Shown piece after piece: positions 48,291 through 58,260 of a DNA stretch of 64,000 nt. The notes beneath the pieces are model-generated. The model worked only from the letters and a program-made list of their open reading frames with translations, was not told the DNA's origin and searched no databases. Positions within the stretch are counted from its first letter, which is position 1. The number at the start of each line of letters is the position of its first letter. A program made the position numbers and the translations under genes. The stretch is from the IMG/VR virus record IMGVR_UViG_3300032334_002567, positions 248,001 to 312,000 of that record, one strand, 5' to 3'.

Positions 48291-48764
48291 ATGCCGAAAA
48301 CAAAAGTAGACAAGCTAAAGGGTGATGACGGCAAGGCTCTTTCAAAGCTCCCTAATGCTACTAGGGCTTTTATTCTTGATCTATTTGAAAAGAATGGATT
48401 CAAGGAAGTCACTATTAGCTTTAGTGGAGAAGGTGATGACGGTCAAATTGATGACCTTGACGTTCATGGTGGTGTAAGGGAATCTTTGCAGGATTTGATC
48501 ACAGTTCCCGATGAAGTCCTCAATGAGCTTGAGAAGTGGCCTTTGTCGCATGACGGGTATAAGATAAATCCACTGGTGAGCATCAGTGATTTTCTTGAGC
48601 AAGTCAGTGGTTTTTGGATCAACTACTGTGGAGTTGATTGGGTGAATGGTGAGGGCGGAACAGGATACATCAGGTATTCTGTTGATAAAAAAGGTTTGAA
48701 AGTTCGTATGGAGGTTTCGGAATGGGAGCGGGTTGAAGGATATACCCAAGCTGGTGATCTCTAA
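48291..48764 (+). CDS. DUF6878-like protein
   Basis: V.I.FSG.GDDGQI ... W.N.EGG.G. Confidence 0.65.
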   Translation: MPKTKVDKLKGDDGKALSKLPNATRAFILDLFEKNGFKEVTISFSGEGDDGQIDDLDVHGGVRESLQDLITVPDEVLNELEKWPLSHDGYKINPLVSISDFLEQVSGFWINYCGVDWVNGEGGTGYIRYSVDKKGLKVRMEVSEWERVEGYTQAGDL

Positions 48765-48836
48765 AATAATTGTACCCTATTGAACCGTTGGCACTGTGCT
48801 AACGGTTGAGTTTTTTGATACCTTGGAGAGATAAAT

Positions 48837-49115
48837 ATGGCTCGTACTAAGAACGACGGTCGGAAGAACAATGCTCGTCCCGAAAAGACCTATAAGTATA
48901 ATTCTGCTACTGAGGCAGCTATTGTGAAGGTTCTTCGTGAGCATGGTCTTACGGGTGGTTATAACTGGATTCGTAAGAACAAGCTGGTTGGTGTTCGTCG
49001 CTGCGGCGAGTTGGAGGGTCAGGAAGAGCGTGTTGAACTGTCGCTCCCTGCTCTGCAACAGCTTGCCAAGCGACACCGTGTCAAGTTTGCTCGCGGCCCA
49101 CGCAAGGCTGCTTGA
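48837..49115 (+). CDS. small basic DNA-binding-like protein
   Basis: paralog of 49859..50107 (YKY...AI..VLR.HGLTGG...LSLPAL.QLA...V.F..G.RKAA). Confidence 0.75.
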   Translation: MARTKNDGRKNNARPEKTYKYNSATEAAIVKVLREHGLTGGYNWIRKNKLVGVRRCGELEGQEERVELSLPALQQLAKRHRVKFARGPRKAA

Positions 49116-49130
49116 GCCAACTGACACGTT

Positions 49131-49180
49131 TAGCCAGCCGGAGGAACCCCGCCACACATTCCTCCGGCTGGCTATTTTTA
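49131..49180 (+). terminator. intrinsic terminator
   Basis: TAGCCAGCCGGAGGAA/TTCCTCCGGCTGGCTA followed by a T-tract. Confidence 0.8.
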
Positions 49181-49212
49181 TTTGTACCCTAAAGAATCAA
49201 GGAGATAACCAA

Positions 49213-49791
49213 ATGATTGAACTTCCTGTTGGTTCTAGCGTCAAGGGTTTTGCAAAGCTCGGTCTGCAAAAGAAAGAGAATTGGGTTAGAGGAACTTATC
49301 TCGGCAACAACAAGGTCGAGTTCTGGACAGGCGCAGTATTGACCCTTGAGGATCGCAATATCAAGGAATACAGGCGACTCAAATCAAATAGCACTGAGCA
49401 GGCCGATTTTATCAATAGTTCTTGGGAAGCACTCAAGAATAATGTGCAGCAAGCTGTCTCTGCTTTTTTCCCTGATGTCAGCGTTCAGTTCGATGAGGAT
49501 GAACACATCATTTACGCTCTGGATAACTGCCTTTCTATCTGTCCTGCGATTGTAGAAAAGAATACTTTTTGCTCTATCATTGAGATTCCCACATGGCAGG
49601 TTTGTGAAGAAGTTTATTATTCTTCTACCCAGTGGGAGCCCAGTGGTTCTGATCTTTGTGAAGTGGCAGATTCCCCGAATCCCATTTCAGCAGCAAAGTT
49701 GTTTGTTGACAGGATTTGGTCATATAAGACCGATGGTTTTTGGCAGAATAAGTATGATGATGCTTATGCTAAAGATTTCTGCGAAGACTAA
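49213..49791 (+). CDS. hypothetical protein
   Basis: AAGGAG RBS before ATG 49213. Confidence 0.7.
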   Translation: MIELPVGSSVKGFAKLGLQKKENWVRGTYLGNNKVEFWTGAVLTLEDRNIKEYRRLKSNSTEQADFINSSWEALKNNVQQAVSAFFPDVSVQFDEDEHIIYALDNCLSICPAIVEKNTFCSIIEIPTWQVCEEVYYSSTQWEPSGSDLCEVADSPNPISAAKLFVDRIWSYKTDGFWQNKYDDAYAKDFCED

Positions 49792-49858
49792 AATAATTGT
49801 ACCCTAGAAGTTTGTGGCTCGTTGTAACCTTGTCTAAATCCTAAAAGGAGGAATTAGA

Positions 49859-50107
49859 ATGGCGAAGAAGAAGGATGGTCGTGGGCGTCCGGCTGGGACG
49901 TTCAAGTACGCTGGTAAGACCAGTCGTGCGATTGCTTCTGTTCTGCGGAAGCATGGTCTGACGGGTGGCGCCACGGTGCTTGCAAAGAGCGGCGTGGTGG
50001 TTGGTGGCAAGAAGGTCAAGGTGAGCCTGAGCCTTCCGGCTCTTGGTCAGCTTGCCACCCGTGAGGGTGTGACGTTTTCGGCAGGTCGGCCTCGCAAGGC
50101 GGCTTGA
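49859..50107 (+). CDS. small basic protein with AT-hook-like GRP motifs
   Basis: GRGRPAG and GRPRK; AGGAGG RBS. Confidence 0.75.
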   Translation: MAKKKDGRGRPAGTFKYAGKTSRAIASVLRKHGLTGGATVLAKSGVVVGGKKVKVSLSLPALGQLATREGVTFSAGRPRKAA

Positions 50108-50200
50108 TTTTGTGGTAGCGGGGCGAGCAATATCGCCGCCCCTGCTACCATAAAAATTGTACCCTAGAAAGCTGTCCTAATCCTAAATTGGAGCAATTCG

Positions 50201-50623
50201 ATGGCTAATCCTTACCACCATGCACTTTCTAGCGTCAAGAAGTGGGGCGGCACCACCACTGATTATCAAGCCATTCACGATTGGTTTGATGAATCCAAGA
50301 TGATGTATGCTAATTTTCGGCATCGTGCTTTGCGGCATCATGCCGAGGGCATTTTTATGTGTGAAAAGTTTTTTGGTCACACCATCACCAATAGCGATGG
50401 ACGTGTAATTCCTGTTCGTTGGGTTGGAGAACAGCACGTCAAAGAAGATTGCGGTTTTATTCCGTCTATTCAAGATTGGTTCCAGCATATCCAGCCGCAG
50501 CGTTGGATGGGCGAACCTCCGGTCAAGCTGGAGAAGGAACTGGATAAGATGGAGAACGCAGATAACGCTAGTTGGTCAGAGCATTTGGATAAGAAGTTTG
50601 GCAACAGTCCAGAGCGACTTTGA
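50201..50623 (+). CDS. DUF6915-like protein
   Basis: P.HHA.SS.K.WGG...DY..IH.WFD.SK...RHRALRHH.EGIF...GEQHV.ED.G.IP...DW. Confidence 0.8.
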   Translation: MANPYHHALSSVKKWGGTTTDYQAIHDWFDESKMMYANFRHRALRHHAEGIFMCEKFFGHTITNSDGRVIPVRWVGEQHVKEDCGFIPSIQDWFQHIQPQRWMGEPPVKLEKELDKMENADNASWSEHLDKKFGNSPERL

Positions 50624-50657
50624 TAAGATAGGTAGTTTAGGTAAAATAATTGTACCC

Positions 50658-50685
50658 TAGACAACTACCTTTATCGTGGTATACT
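50658..50685 (+). promoter_or_regulatory. sigma70-type promoter between two TTGTACCCTA copies
   Basis: TAGACA-16 bp-TATACT with extended TG. Confidence 0.6.
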
Positions 50686-50753
50686 AGGCACCGGGGCCAA
50701 TTCTAAATTGTACCCTATGAATACGTTGATCTCACTAAACGAAAGGTTCCTTT

Positions 50754-51023
50754 ATGAAGATTACTGCACGGGACGTTGCTGAACATCTTGGTTGCGATTA
50801 TGTTGTAGCATCCGGCCTTCTAACTGTTCTTGTTGAAAAGGGTATCGTCAAACACGCTGAGAATCGTAAGCACTCTAGTGGTAAGGGAAAGCCGACTCGG
50901 GTTTTTGAAGTTGACCGTGTTATTCAAATTGAATTAGCACCAGCACCACCCGCTGTTGCTACTGAAACGACCGAAACACCGGCAGTTGATTCTGTGGCTG
51001 AACCCGCTGCGGAAGCTGCCTGA
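50754..51023 (+). CDS. winged-HTH DNA-binding protein
   Basis: TA.DVAEHLG......S..L..LVEKG.V.......GKP..VF. Confidence 0.7.
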   Translation: MKITARDVAEHLGCDYVVASGLLTVLVEKGIVKHAENRKHSSGKGKPTRVFEVDRVIQIELAPAPPAVATETTETPAVDSVAEPAAEAA

Positions 51024-51031
51024 CAATAATT

Positions 51032-51209
51032 AGACCATTTCTAGCGGTGCGTGATTGAATGCAAGGAGCGACAGCTGCGCAAACCTTGTGGCAGTCCTAA
51101 ACGTGAATCTGTCTCCGGGGATCTGAGATTCCCGTCACGGGTTCGTTGGGTAAAAAAGATGCTTTATGGGTGTCTGGCCGATTTTATCCAACCACCGCTA
51201 GAATGGTCT
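51032..51209 (+). ncRNA. candidate ~180-nt multi-branch structured RNA
   Basis: closing stem AGACCATT(T)CTAGCGGTG/CACCGCTAGAATGGTCT enclosing three hairpins. Confidence 0.6.
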
Positions 51210-51265
51210 CTCGATTTTATTTGTACCCTATAAAGTTGTAATAAATAACTCCCAAGGAATAAAAA

Positions 51266-52402
51266 ATGGCTGCTACGGCTACTGTGGTTGATTCCGCTAG
51301 TCTTTATTTCCGTGAGGGTACGAGCGATAAGGTTTATCATGCTACCCTTGAGGACGCTGGTTCCGGTTATGTCGTGAACTTCTCTTATGGTCGCCGGGGA
51401 AGCACTCTCAAGACTGGTTCCAAGACGGCCCGCCCTGTTTCTATGGCAGAGGCTAGGAAGGTCTTTGATCGGCTTGTTGCCGAAAAGACTGGCAAGGGCT
51501 ACCAGTATATGACTTCTTCTAGTCACGGTACTCCCGGTGGAGTTGCTGCCTCTAATCGTCATATCCCCACCGTTGTGCAGACCGCTCCTGCTGTTAGCCA
51601 GTGCGTTCTTCTCAACCCCATCAACCCGGATCACATTGAAACCTATTTGCGGGGAGATGAGTGGGTTGCCCAGCCCAAGTTGGACGGCGTTCGCTTTATG
51701 CTTCGTAATGAAAGCGGAGGCATCACAGCTATCAACCGCAAGGGTGGATCAGTGGCAGTTCCCAATGAAATTATTGAATGTATCGAAGCTGCGAGTTCCT
51801 ACTACGAGGAAGGTCTGCCTGACTTCTTTATCGACGGCGAGTTGATCGGTAGCACCTACTACGTTTTCGATATTCTTGAGCATGAAGGCGACAAGATTAC
51901 CGGACTGAATGTGGTGAACCGAATGGAGATTCTTCGGACTCTGTTCGATGATCTGGAATCGGACAATTTGAAGCTGGTGGATATTGTCGAAGGTAGGGAA
52001 AATAAGACGAAGCTCTATGTGCAGCTTCAAAGAGATAAGAAGGAAGGGGTTGTTTTCAAGTATAGGGAAGCGGCTTATACGACTGGTCGCCCTGCCAGCG
52101 GTGGCAACTACATGAAGCACAAGTTTTATGACACCGCTAGTTGCATCGTTTCAATGACGAATGGAACCAAGCGTAGTGTTGCTTTGAAGGTTCTTGAAAA
52201 AGGCATGAATGTTGCGATTGGGAACGTCACCATTCCGGCGAACCACCCGATCCCAAGTATGGGCGATATTGTGGAAATCAAGTATCTCTATGCCTATAAG
52301 AACGGCTCTCTTTACCAGCCGATCTATTTGGGAAAGAGAACTGATCTGACTTATTCGGACTGCAAGTACGATCAACTCAAGTTCAAGTCAGAAGATGACT
52401 GA
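51266..52402 (+). CDS. WGR-domain ATP-dependent DNA ligase
   Basis: N-terminal SDKVY...YGRRG...KGY WGR domain; QPKLDGVR (motif I), IDGEL, YVFDIL, EGVVFK, K.KF and C-terminal OB fold. Confidence 0.88.
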   Translation: MAATATVVDSASLYFREGTSDKVYHATLEDAGSGYVVNFSYGRRGSTLKTGSKTARPVSMAEARKVFDRLVAEKTGKGYQYMTSSSHGTPGGVAASNRHIPTVVQTAPAVSQCVLLNPINPDHIETYLRGDEWVAQPKLDGVRFMLRNESGGITAINRKGGSVAVPNEIIECIEAASSYYEEGLPDFFIDGELIGSTYYVFDILEHEGDKITGLNVVNRMEILRTLFDDLESDNLKLVDIVEGRENKTKLYVQLQRDKKEGVVFKYREAAYTTGRPASGGNYMKHKFYDTASCIVSMTNGTKRSVALKVLEKGMNVAIGNVTIPANHPIPSMGDIVEIKYLYAYKNGSLYQPIYLGKRTDLTYSDCKYDQLKFKSEDD

Positions 52403-52711
52403 AAATAATTGTACCCTAATTTCAACATGGAGGGTCACTATGGCCGACGCTGAAAACAAGTACGAAGATTACGCTGAGTTCACTGACAAGCCAGAGTACG
52501 CTTGGAGCAATTTGCCTAAGATTGAACTTACCCCTGTGTCTAAAAAGAGAGAGGTGGTTGTTGAGTCGTGACGTAATCCCGTTCCCAACATGGGAACCAA
52601 TGATTATTCGTGGCCCGTGGTTCCCGAAGCCAGATTTGAAGATTTTTTCTGAGCCTGAGGAACAGAATTGTACCCTACAAGATCAGTCTAATTCCTAACT
52701 TGGAGATAACG

Positions 52712-53317
52712 ATGGACGCTGCAACTTTTGACAAGCTGACTCGGGGTGACGAATACCAGACTTTCTTTGCTCTTATGGAGTCTCTTGGCTATAAAAAGGT
52801 TCATGTGAACTACAGTGGTGGTGGTGATAGTGGTGGTACTGACAGTATTGACTTTTTGCCAGTTCCTAAAGACAAAAACAAGGACGAGAAGTACGATATT
52901 CAGCGACGTATTTCAGAGCATTTTGAGGAGTTTCTTTCCAATCCCATCTACAGCCGTCACGGCAGCTTTGCAGACGGTGGTGGCTATAGCGTCGATGGCG
53001 TGGTTGTTTGGGACATTCCCAACAAAGCAGTGACCATTGAAGGCACTGAGCATAATTGGGGATACAACGACAGCGAGGAAGATGATGAAGAGGAAGTTTG
53101 TGAAGATACGGGGTTTGAAGAGCCTGTCTATTCTTTTGACGAAGGCAGTCCCGATCATGCTCGTAGCTTTGAAGTTCTTTGCTTTTATGTTCGTAATATC
53201 TTGAAGAAGAAGTTGCCCGAGGTTCTCCATAATCGGGTTCTTGCCGCTATCATTGAGGGCGATGAGAGTGCTAAGGATTACGTTGCTTTCTTGGAAGAAC
53301 AGAAGGAGAAGGTGTAA
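52712..53317 (+). CDS. DUF6878-like domain fused to the helical-repeat family C-terminal motif
   Basis: YSGGGDSG; C-terminal KKLPEVLHNRVLA......AKDY. Confidence 0.65.
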   Translation: MDAATFDKLTRGDEYQTFFALMESLGYKKVHVNYSGGGDSGGTDSIDFLPVPKDKNKDEKYDIQRRISEHFEEFLSNPIYSRHGSFADGGGYSVDGVVVWDIPNKAVTIEGTEHNWGYNDSEEDDEEEVCEDTGFEEPVYSFDEGSPDHARSFEVLCFYVRNILKKKLPEVLHNRVLAAIIEGDESAKDYVAFLEEQKEKV

Positions 53318-53667
53318 TGGGATTTCTTACTACTCTGACTTTTTATAACGACGGAGTTCATCTTCTTACGGAACACGCAGAGGACTTTTCCAAGCGTGTG
53401 CATGAAGTTGCAACAAGTTTCAATCACACCCCGGTAGAGATTCCATTGGGGAGTTTTGCTAATTTTGCAAAAGTCCAACGGAGCCGCCATGCAGATGACA
53501 ACACGGTTTATGTCCATTGTGGCAATACCGTTTGTGAAATGAATTGCAATTCAGAAGAAACGAAACGGATTATGAAACAAAATCCTGCTTTCTTTGCTAA
53601 AATGCTGGAAGAAATGAAAAAGCAGGTCGAGATTTTGGAAGGAATGAAGAATGGAAATGTTCGATAG
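53317..53667 (+). CDS. hypothetical protein
   Basis: MGF.TT...YND...HADD..VY...GN. Confidence 0.7.
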   Translation: MGFLTTLTFYNDGVHLLTEHAEDFSKRVHEVATSFNHTPVEIPLGSFANFAKVQRSRHADDNTVYVHCGNTVCEMNCNSEETKRIMKQNPAFFAKMLEEMKKQVEILEGMKNGNVR

Positions 53668-53839
53668 AGCGTTATCGCAGATTATCCTAAAGCAACGAGG
53701 CCAAAATCAAAAATTGGTCACTGAGCTATTGGATAAGATTTCTGAGGAGAGCAAAGAACGTCTTCATCGTATTATTCAAGACTTAGAATCAGATTTGGCA
53801 GTTGCAAAAAGAAAAGCAAGATTGCCTTGGATTCGATAG
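53651..53839 (+). CDS. hypothetical protein
   Basis: overlapping ORF in the operon. Confidence 0.55.
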   Translation: MEMFDRALSQIILKQRGQNQKLVTELLDKISEESKERLHRIIQDLESDLAVAKRKARLPWIR

Positions 53840-53907
53840 ATTTACAAAAAGTGAATTTTTTTGTAAGATAGCCCGGCGAGGCTAAAAAACAGTTGAAAGG
53901 AACTCAA

Positions 53908-54252
53908 ATGAAGAACTCTACAGTTTGCTGGGTTTTGGTTGTTTTTGCTATTTTTCAATTTGCTATTTTTCAAAATTACGAAATCAATCGACTTCATCAA
54001 GAAATCCGTTTGGCACAGCAAGCAAAGCAAATTGACTCCGACCAGATTCGTGATTTGATGTATACTTTGACTAATTCCAAAATGGAACAAGAGTCCATTG
54101 GAAATCGTCAATTTGTCGCTGGCGTTGTTGAAGCTGTGACGAAGCCTGACCATTATTCTGAGATATGGCACAACGGCTACGACCGAGGAACAGCGATTCA
54201 GCAATATGCTGATTCTTTAGATAAAAAGGTCACGCTAACCGGCAATAAATAA
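53908..54252 (+). CDS. membrane-anchored hypothetical protein
   Basis: N-terminal TM segment, coiled coil. Confidence 0.65.
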   Translation: MKNSTVCWVLVVFAIFQFAIFQNYEINRLHQEIRLAQQAKQIDSDQIRDLMYTLTNSKMEQESIGNRQFVAGVVEAVTKPDHYSEIWHNGYDRGTAIQQYADSLDKKVTLTGNK

Positions 54253-54327
54253 TTTTGGCCGCAATTTTGGCCGCTTATTTTTTGTACCCTATAAGGTTGT
54301 TCTTCTAACTTATACAAGGAATAAATC

Positions 54328-54804
54328 ATGATTCGTGAGCAGTGCCAGATCGGTATGACCGTTTCTTTTGGCCGGGAAAATGGCCAGACTACAACTGGTA
54401 TTATTGAGAAGCTAAATCCCAAGAGTGCCAAGGTTCGTTCTAATGAATCCCGTGGCCGTGCTACCGCTGGAACCATTTGGCGTGTTCCTTATAGCCTTCT
54501 TTCTCCCGCTGGTACGACCGTAGTCCCCCAACCAGCAGCAATTCCCCAAATTACCTATCACCCTTTTCAAGACTATGTTGAGCAGTGTGTTCTGGAAGGT
54601 ATCAACGCTTGTTATAACGCCCTTAGTCCAGAGAACCTGACTTGCGATGGTGAGGCTCCCCTTCATATGGTCAATGCCCGACGCAGTAAGTTGCAACGTC
54701 AACTCCGAGGTCTTTTTCAGGCATTTGGACGAGAAGTTGATGAAATGGAAGCCTTCAACTGGATTCAGCAAAAAGAGGCACAACAGAAAGTGGAAAGAAC
54801 GTAA
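54328..54804 (+). CDS. hypothetical protein with SH3/Tudor-like N-terminus
   Basis: G..V.F......G.I.K.N.K.A.V.....W.VPYSLL. Confidence 0.7.
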   Translation: MIREQCQIGMTVSFGRENGQTTTGIIEKLNPKSAKVRSNESRGRATAGTIWRVPYSLLSPAGTTVVPQPAAIPQITYHPFQDYVEQCVLEGINACYNALSPENLTCDGEAPLHMVNARRSKLQRQLRGLFQAFGREVDEMEAFNWIQQKEAQQKVERT

Positions 54805-54810
54805 AACAAA

Positions 54811-55386
54811 ATGACCCTAATTCCCATGATAAAGGACAATATAATGTTTACCTTTGAAAATGCAGTTCTCTCCAGTAACTCAGTCAAAGAAGAGGGAGTT
54901 TTGATTGTCCCTAATGGCATTAAAGGCTTACACCCTCTTTTTGTTCCAAAAGATAGAGCTGTTCCGTTTTTCCTAAAGCCCAACGAAGGGTATGTTCTTG
55001 AAGATTACTTTAATAGAGATAGTGATGAACTTCATAACATTTTTACAAAATCTTCTAATCTCTTAAGCCTTTGGACAGAGTTAGAGGAGGCAGAGATAGT
55101 TGGTAATGAGTGTTCTATTTGGACTGTTTTAGACATTAATTCTAATATCATTTTAGAAGTGTCTCAAATAAATGGTTATTATGATAATATGCTAGAAGTT
55201 CGTGTCGGAAATGAATCTGCTTTTCACACTTTGATTGCGATTGCTTATGAGCATAACTTTGTTCTTAGCAAAGTTATGTATAATAAATACATTGAGATTA
55301 CTAAAACAGATCTTTTTGAAGAACTAAAGAATCTTGGCGATGATGGCACATACACAGCAAAAGTCGATAAGGCTTTGAATGAATAG
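54811..55386 (+). CDS. hypothetical protein
   Basis: 191-aa ORF. Confidence 0.65.
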   Translation: MTLIPMIKDNIMFTFENAVLSSNSVKEEGVLIVPNGIKGLHPLFVPKDRAVPFFLKPNEGYVLEDYFNRDSDELHNIFTKSSNLLSLWTELEEAEIVGNECSIWTVLDINSNIILEVSQINGYYDNMLEVRVGNESAFHTLIAIAYEHNFVLSKVMYNKYIEITKTDLFEELKNLGDDGTYTAKVDKALNE

Positions 55387-55492
55387 GCGTCAATAATCAC
55401 CGGCTCTAGATGAATAGTCTGGAGCCGGTGAAGGGCTTTTCTATCCAAACTTCTAATTAAAAATTGTACCCTAAGAGACTAAGGAGCAAACA

Positions 55493-56413
55493 ATGAAATA
55501 TGGTTTGTGTTGCATTAGTCTCGACCTTCAAGAAGTTGAAACCCCTCTAAAGTTTCAAAAGATAACTTATAAGCGTTTCTCTCAATTGCCCCGAGAAGAA
55601 GCTCTTTCTATTCTTGGAGACAGAATCCACAACAACTTGATTGTGACAAATGAAACAATCAAGTATTGCTCTAAGAATGATCTTTGCTACAGGCTTTCTA
55701 GCGATCTCTTTCCGCTAATTACTTATGACACGGCAGGTGTGGATCTTACCGACTTGCCGAACCACGATGATATTCAAGATGCTTTTGATGCAATTGAAAA
55801 CACTATCATCGAAACTAAAGTTAGAATTAGCTGTCACCCGAGTGAATTCAATGTTTTGGCTTCCAGGAACCAGGTAGCTGTCAATAAAACTATTGACGAA
55901 TTGAACTTCTACTCATCTTTTATGGACAGAATTGGATGTCCAGCCAATTACGATTCCCCAATGAATCTCCACATTCACAATAAAGAAGGTGAATATAGCG
56001 AGATTATTGGCCGGTTTTTAGATAATTTTTCTAAGCTCGATGACAATTGCAAAGCTCGATTGGTTATTGAGAACGATGACAAATTAGGATGTTGGTCTGT
56101 GAAAGAACTCGTCGAGGAATTTCATTCAAAGACGAATATCCCAATTACATTCGATTATCTCCATCATAAATGTCATCCAAATGGATTGTCTGAAAGTGAA
56201 GCTTTTTTGCTCTGCTATGACACATGGAAAGACTATAAACCACTTTTTCATTACAGCGAGAGCAGAATCGGCAACAACCCGAGGGCTCATGCAGATTATG
56301 CAGAAAATGTTTTTGAAGTTTATAAAGAGGTGGACGTAGATTTTGAATTGAAAATGAAGGATAAGGCTATTTCAAAATATAAAGAAGCCTACCCTAAAAA
56401 CATTGTACCCTAA
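55493..56413 (+). CDS. uvsE: UV damage endonuclease UvsE/UVDE
   Basis: GLCCIS, YRLSSDLFP, R.S.HP.EFNVLAS, LVIENDDK, PITFDYLHH, PLFHYSE, RAHADY, E.KMKD.A. Confidence 0.92.
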   Translation: MKYGLCCISLDLQEVETPLKFQKITYKRFSQLPREEALSILGDRIHNNLIVTNETIKYCSKNDLCYRLSSDLFPLITYDTAGVDLTDLPNHDDIQDAFDAIENTIIETKVRISCHPSEFNVLASRNQVAVNKTIDELNFYSSFMDRIGCPANYDSPMNLHIHNKEGEYSEIIGRFLDNFSKLDDNCKARLVIENDDKLGCWSVKELVEEFHSKTNIPITFDYLHHKCHPNGLSESEAFLLCYDTWKDYKPLFHYSESRIGNNPRAHADYAENVFEVYKEVDVDFELKMKDKAISKYKEAYPKNIVP

Positions 56414-56419
56414 AAGACC

Positions 56420-56662
56420 ATGTTCAAAATTGAAGATTTATGGATTGATTTGTCCCGTGCAAAAGATACGCAGGCACGGGGACTGAGCATGGGGAATCCT
56501 CCCTCTGGCAAAGATTTGGGTTTTAGTTGTGGAATAGGCAAGAATGTTGGTGGATTTTATCACTTAGATGTTTTTGATAGCAGAAAGACATTAGTTCTTT
56601 CGCTATGTCTGACCAAAGATGAGCTTATAAACCTTGTGATCGACGCAGAAAATACCATTTGA
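56420..56662 (+). CDS. hypothetical protein
   Basis: 80-aa ORF. Confidence 0.55.
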   Translation: MFKIEDLWIDLSRAKDTQARGLSMGNPPSGKDLGFSCGIGKNVGGFYHLDVFDSRKTLVLSLCLTKDELINLVIDAENTI

Positions 56663-56669
56663 GGACATA

Positions 56670-57440
56670 ATGGCTAAAACACCTACAAAGAATTATACGA
56701 ATCTTGATGTTCGAGTGAAAGTCTATAATAAGTGCAAAAAAGCTGAGAGACTTATTCTTCATGGTATCCCTTGGCCCCGTTATGCCGCTGATCGGGCTTA
56801 TCAATATGCTCGTTTTGTATTAAAGCATCGGTGGACAGCGGGCGAGAGGGTTATTCTCAAGTGCCCCCGGTCTGCCTATCTTTATGCTCGTCACGTTATT
56901 GGTGGTCGCTGGGAGAAGGCAGAGAAAATTATTGCTACTTCTTCTTATGCTTCTTATCAATATGCAAAGTATGTGTTGAAGGGTCGATTTCTTCGTGCAG
57001 AAAAGTATGCAAAGCAAACAAGAGCTGGCTGGATTGAATATGATGCCTCTAGGTATGCTTTCTATTATGCTAGAGACATTATCAAGGGACGTTGGAAAGA
57101 GGGTGAGAAACATATAGCCGCAGGTGGCGAAGTTGCTTGTCTTTATGCTAAGAACTTTCTGAAAGCACGGTTCAAAATTGCTGAGGACTGCATTATTCAT
57201 AGTGCCGAAAGTGCTGCTGAATATGCTATCTTCGTTTTAGGTAAGCGATGGAAGAATGCAGAAGATAGAATTCTTCGCAATGAGAGAGCTTTGACTAAGT
57301 ATATGGATTTCTTGAAAGGCGAAGATAAGATTGAGATGCACAACAAGATTCTGGCGGAGGTTATAAAGTATCCGAGTAGTTATAGTGCTGCTAAGCAATG
57401 GGTACAGAGTCATCCTGATTTTTCTAGGGACGCTTGTTGA
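56670..57440 (+). CDS. phage helical-repeat family protein
   Basis: six or more AY.YA..V...RW..AE..I repeats; MHNKIL. Confidence 0.8.
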   Translation: MAKTPTKNYTNLDVRVKVYNKCKKAERLILHGIPWPRYAADRAYQYARFVLKHRWTAGERVILKCPRSAYLYARHVIGGRWEKAEKIIATSSYASYQYAKYVLKGRFLRAEKYAKQTRAGWIEYDASRYAFYYARDIIKGRWKEGEKHIAAGGEVACLYAKNFLKARFKIAEDCIIHSAESAAEYAIFVLGKRWKNAEDRILRNERALTKYMDFLKGEDKIEMHNKILAEVIKYPSSYSAAKQWVQSHPDFSRDAC

Positions 57441-57452
57441 AAGGAATCAAAC

Positions 57453-57638
57453 ATGAAGTTTGCTGCCCTGTATAGATTTGCTTTGGAAAGAGGTTATACT
57501 ATCCACAAGACCAAAGCTTATGTAGAATGGATTCGAAATATAGATGGCACCAAAGGAATGTGTGAAACGTTGCAGGAGGCATATGATGAAATCCACCACG
57601 ATTACGAAGTCCGAAGAAACAAATTCCTTCAAGTATGA
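57453..57638 (+). CDS. hypothetical protein
   Basis: AAGGA RBS. Confidence 0.55.
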   Translation: MKFAALYRFALERGYTIHKTKAYVEWIRNIDGTKGMCETLQEAYDEIHHDYEVRRNKFLQV

Positions 57639-57814
57639 GGTTGGAGATTTTGTAATTCTGAAAATTGGCGATAAAAGATTTATCAATTGCCAGATTTTAG
57701 AAAGAATAAAAAAAGAAAAGAAATCGTATTACCGGGTTGATTGGACGCTATCAGGTCATCAGCAAATTCTAAATTCAGTTTTTGTTTGTGAAACAGCTAT
57801 AAAGGAGATCATTA

Positions 57815-58240
57815 ATGGAATATAGATACAATGATGGAGGACGAAAAGATACTGGATATAAAGGCAAAACTGGTGATTGCGTTACTCGATCCATTGCTAT
57901 TGCTACAGGGCTGCCCTATCAGCAGGTATACGACGACTTGAATGTTATTGCTGAAAGTGAGCGACCACGAGGAGAGAAAAAGCGTTCAAATGCTAGAACT
58001 GGTGTTCACAAACAAACTATAAAGAAGTATCTTGAGAGTCTTGGTTGGACATGGACACCCACCATGCACGTTGGTTCTGGCTGCAAAGTCCATCTTTGTG
58101 CAGATGAATTGCCGTCTGGTATTCTAATTGTTTCTGTGAGCAAGCATCTTACCGCTGTAATTTATGGTGTTATTCACGACACCCATGATTGCTCTAGGGA
58201 CGGCAAAAGATGTGTGTACGGATACTGGACTAAATCCTAA
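57815..58240 (+). CDS. hypothetical phage protein
   Basis: NDGGR..GYKG..GDCV.RSIAIA...Y..VY..L...H..AV..G.I.DT.D....RCVYGYW. Confidence 0.8.
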   Translation: MEYRYNDGGRKDTGYKGKTGDCVTRSIAIATGLPYQQVYDDLNVIAESERPRGEKKRSNARTGVHKQTIKKYLESLGWTWTPTMHVGSGCKVHLCADELPSGILIVSVSKHLTAVIYGVIHDTHDCSRDGKRCVYGYWTKS

Positions 58241-58260
58241 TTTTGAAAAAGGAACAATAT

